A stretch of DNA of 64,000 nt from Heteronotia binoei (lineage: Eukaryota), in assembly GCF_032191835.1 (NCBI RefSeq), contig NC_083224.1:123504001-123568000 (forward strand). The letters run 5' to 3'. The notes under the pieces were generated by a model, which saw nothing but the letters and a program-made list of their open reading frames with translations, had not been told where the DNA came from and ran no database searches. Shown here piece after piece: positions 60,478 through 64,000 of the stretch (position 1 is the stretch's first letter; each line of letters begins with the position of its first letter). A program made the position numbers and the translations under genes.

Positions 60478-62645
60478 CCTTGTTGTTGTTCAGTCACATA
60501 GTTGAGTCCAACTTTTTGTGACCCCATGGACTACATCATGCCCAGCCCTTCTACCTTCTACTGTCCTCCTAAGCTTGCTCAGATTCATGCATTGCATTGA
60601 TAACACTGTTTAAACATCTCATCCTTTGCTGTCCCCTTCTTCTTTTACCTTCAGTCTTTCCCAGCATCAAGGTCTTCTCCAGTGAGTGCTCCCTTCTCAT
60701 TTGGTGGCCAAAGTATTTGAACTTCAGTTTCAGTATCTGATCTTCCAGGGTACAGTCAGGGTTGATTTCCTTTAGGATTTGATCTCCTTGCCATCCAAGA
60801 GACTCTCAAGAGTCTTCTTCAACAGCACAGTTTGAAAGCATCTGTTCTTTGGTTTTCGGCCTCCCTTATGGGCCAACTCTCACAGTCATACATTACTAAT
60901 GGGAATACCATTGCTTTGACTATATGGACTTTAGTCAGCAGTATGATGTCTCTACTTTTTATTATGCTGCCTAGGTTTGCCATAGCTTTCCTCCCAAGGA
61001 GCAGGTGTCTTTTAATTTCATGGCTACCGTCACCATTTACAGTGATCTTGAATCCCAAGAATGTGAAGTCCATCACTACTTCCATGTCTTCCACTTCTAT
61101 TTGCCAAGGAGTGATGGGGCTGGATGCCATGATATTAGCTTTTTTGATGTAGAGTTTCAAACCAGCTTTTTTGCTCTACTTTTTCACCCTCAGCAGGAGG
61201 CTTTTGAGGTCCTTTTCACTTTCTTCTATTAGAGTGGTATCGTCTGTATATCTGAGGTTGTTGATGTTTTTTCTGGCAATCTTAATTCCGGTCAGTATTC
61301 GGCATGATCTACTCTGCATATAAATTAAATAAACTGGGTGACAATATGCATCCTCGTCATACTTCTTTTCTTATTGTAAACCAATCAGTTGTTTCATATC
61401 TGGTTCTCACTGTCTCTTCTTGACCCTTATACAGTTTTCTCAGGAGAAATGTGAGGTGATCTGGTACTCCAGTCTTTTTAAGGACTTGCCACAGTTTGTT
61501 GTGATCCACACAGTCATTGGTTTTAGTGTAGTCAATGAAGCAGAAGTAGATGTTTTCCCGGTACTCCCTTGCTTTCTCCATAATCCAGCGAGTATTGGCA
61601 ATTTGATCTCTAGTTTCTCTACCTCTTTGAAACCCAGCTTCAACTTCTGGTAGTTCTCTCTCCATGTACTGCTGAAGCCTAGCTTGTAGGATTTTGAGCA
61701 TGACCTTGCTGGCATGTGAAATGAGTGCAATGGTGCGATAGTTTGAACATTCCTTGGCATTACCCTCCTTTGGGATTGGAATATAAACTGACCTTTTCCA
61801 ATCCTATGGCCATTGTTGCGTTTTCCAAATTTGCTGGCATACTGAGTGCATTACTTTAACAGCATCATCTCTTAGGACTTTGAATAGCTCAGCTGGGAAA
61901 CCATCATCTCTGTTAACTTTTTGCTGTTAGTAGTGCTTTCTAGGGCCCATTTGACTTCACACTCCAGGATGTCTGGCTCGAGTTCAGCAATCACACCATC
62001 ATGATTGTCAAGGACATTGAGATCTTTCTTGTATAATTCTTCTGTGTATTCTTGCCACCTCTTCCTATTCTCTTCTGCTTCTGTTAGGTCCCTACTGTTT
62101 TTGTCCTTTATCATGGCCTGCTTTACATGCAACTTTCCCTTGATTTCTCCAATTTTCTTGAATAGCTCTCTAATCCTTCCCATCCTATTGTTTTCCTCTA
62201 TTACTTTGCATTGCTCATTACTTTGCATTTATCTCTCCTTGCTGTTCTCTGGAAATCTGCATTCAGTTGGGTAAATCTTTCCTTTTCACTTTTGCTTTTC
62301 ACTTTCCTTCTTTCTGTAGCTATTTGTAAAGCCTCATCAGACAGCCACTTTGCTTTCTTGCATTTCTTTTTCTTTGGCATGGTGCTGATTGCTGCCTTCT
62401 GTACAATGTCATGAACCTCTGCCCATAGTTCTTCAGGCACTCTAAATAGGTTCCTTAAAACCTATTCTTCACCTTCACTGTATATTCATAAGAGATGTGA
62501 TTTAGGTCAAACCTGAGTGGCCTAGTGGTTTTACCAACTTTCTTCATTTTAAGCCTGAATTTAGCAATGAGTAGCTCATGATCTGAACCACAGTCAGCTC
62601 CTGGACTTGTTCTTACTGACTGTATAGAACTTTTTCATCTCCATC
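60478..62645 (-). mobile_element. BovB (RTE) LINE, 5'-truncated and degraded
   Basis: MLKILQARLQQYMERELPEVEAGF...DQIAN...FCFIDY; EIKRHLLLGRKAMANL...IVKAMVFP; (caa)n tail. Confidence 0.9.
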
Positions 62646-64000
62646 TCCAATCGTTAGAAATAGCAGTAATAAGTGTGTGTTGAAATACTGATAGCAGAAA
62701 GGGTAAAAGGAACTTTATGATAATGTTTTATTAGTCATGTTCTTTGTTTTTAAAAGTTTCTGTTAATGGAGGACCCCTGGCTTGTTGCCACCCTTTGCCA
62801 TCTTTTCTCCTCAGCTTGTCTCATGTCTTGTTGCTATGGCTGGTAGTCACCCTCCTTTCTCTGAGATGGCTTCCCAGTGCTAGCTTATGGCAAAAGTGAT
62901 GGGCAGCTTGCAACAGTGAACAAACTGGCTCCCAACAAAAAACTAGTTAATAGAGGCAGGAGTTAACTGCATAGAGTGAAAGAGAGAAAGACGAGAGGGA
63001 TGGAGGAAGAAGATAAGATTAAAAAATGCCCATTCTTTTAAAAGTTAATGTTTAGCTAGGCTCAAGAGCTGGAGTTAAAGTCAGCAAAGTTTTGGGATTC
63101 AGGCATGAACTTGGAGTAAGCTTTGGTGGGGCTTAAATTTCAGTGATCTTAATTATCATCATAAGGATATAAATAAACCCCTTCAACTAAGATCAGACTG
63201 TTGAAACAACAGGCCTGACTTCTCAGTAAATAATCATAGGATCATATATGGTATAATTAATTTGGTTAAGGTCCCTATATGGTTAATTAATTTCCAGGAC
63301 AGATTCTTCTTTCTTAAGAACACAGATGATCAAGAGAGGCCTACAGTATCAGAACAAGGGTCCTTACAGTTCAATTTTAGGTTTTCTGCATATGCCACTG
63401 ACACGCAGGATCTGAAAAAGCCAATCTCCCCTGTTTAAGTCTGTCTGTCTGTCTACCTACCTATCTATCTCAATTTACTCATCTGATTTCTGAAAACTGG
63501 TTCTATGCAAGTTAAGTCTATTATTGTTAGTTGTAAATAGTGCTAAAATTGGTAGTCCTCATTCATCTCAGATGAAGTAGTGAAATCTGTGTAGTATGAG
63601 TTTACCAATATATGGAAAAGAGTTGTGCTGTCATGCTGACCTTGGTATTGCTGTTAACCTTGGAATTGAAAAAGTCACATGAGATTTAACCTAAATATCT
63701 GAAAACAATAAACACAGCTATTAAATATCTTTAGATGCTTTTATTGCCTCTGCACACCAGATTGCATACTGTATTTACTGAGTGCAACATGTTGAAAATT
63801 TGTGTGACTTTGACAAAACACCTTTTTTAAAGTTACCAGAATGTAAAATGTAGGCTTTCTTGATTGTTTCAAAGACAATTTCATTGGCTTTATTTGTAAG
63901 ATAATAACTTTCACTACTATTTTGTGGGTGGTCTGCATGCCATTAAAAATCATATGGGTTAAATTGTAAAATGGGTTTTAGGAATACTGAGTGGTATAAG

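Overview
Eukaryotic, repeat-dense vertebrate DNA. It is a squamate reptile, probably a gecko, inferred from the Sauria-type SINE, BovB and tRNA/L2-tail SINEs. A 139-N scaffold gap lies at 25444-25582. The only host gene I recognise is WDR41: coding exon 1 (MLRWLIGGGREPQGLAE, minus strand, 40191-40241) sits in a CpG island that appears to also drive an unidentified divergent plus-strand gene. No other WDR41 exon was found in the 40 kb downstream. The rest is largely mobile DNA. (1) A young, full-length DIRS1-type tyrosine-recombinase (YR) retrotransposon (2155-8142, +) has perfect ITRs and ICR, gag, RT/RNaseH/methyltransferase and YR, and carries only one nonsense change and one frameshift. (2) An old gamma-like ERV provirus (9096-16713, -) has a tRNA-Gly PBS, an ERV3-like env and a large pol deletion; a Penelope-like element with a minimal hammerhead ribozyme is nested in it. 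(3) A second, structurally different YR retrotransposon of Ngaro type (29881-36312, -) has identical split direct repeats but shattered ORFs, including an SGNH hydrolase preceded by a splice acceptor. (4) There are many hAT/mariner MITEs, one holding a higher-order array of double-hairpin units, plus L2, CR1, L1, RTE-X-like and BovB LINE fragments. All calls come from reading the sequence and recalled family motifs; no searches were run.
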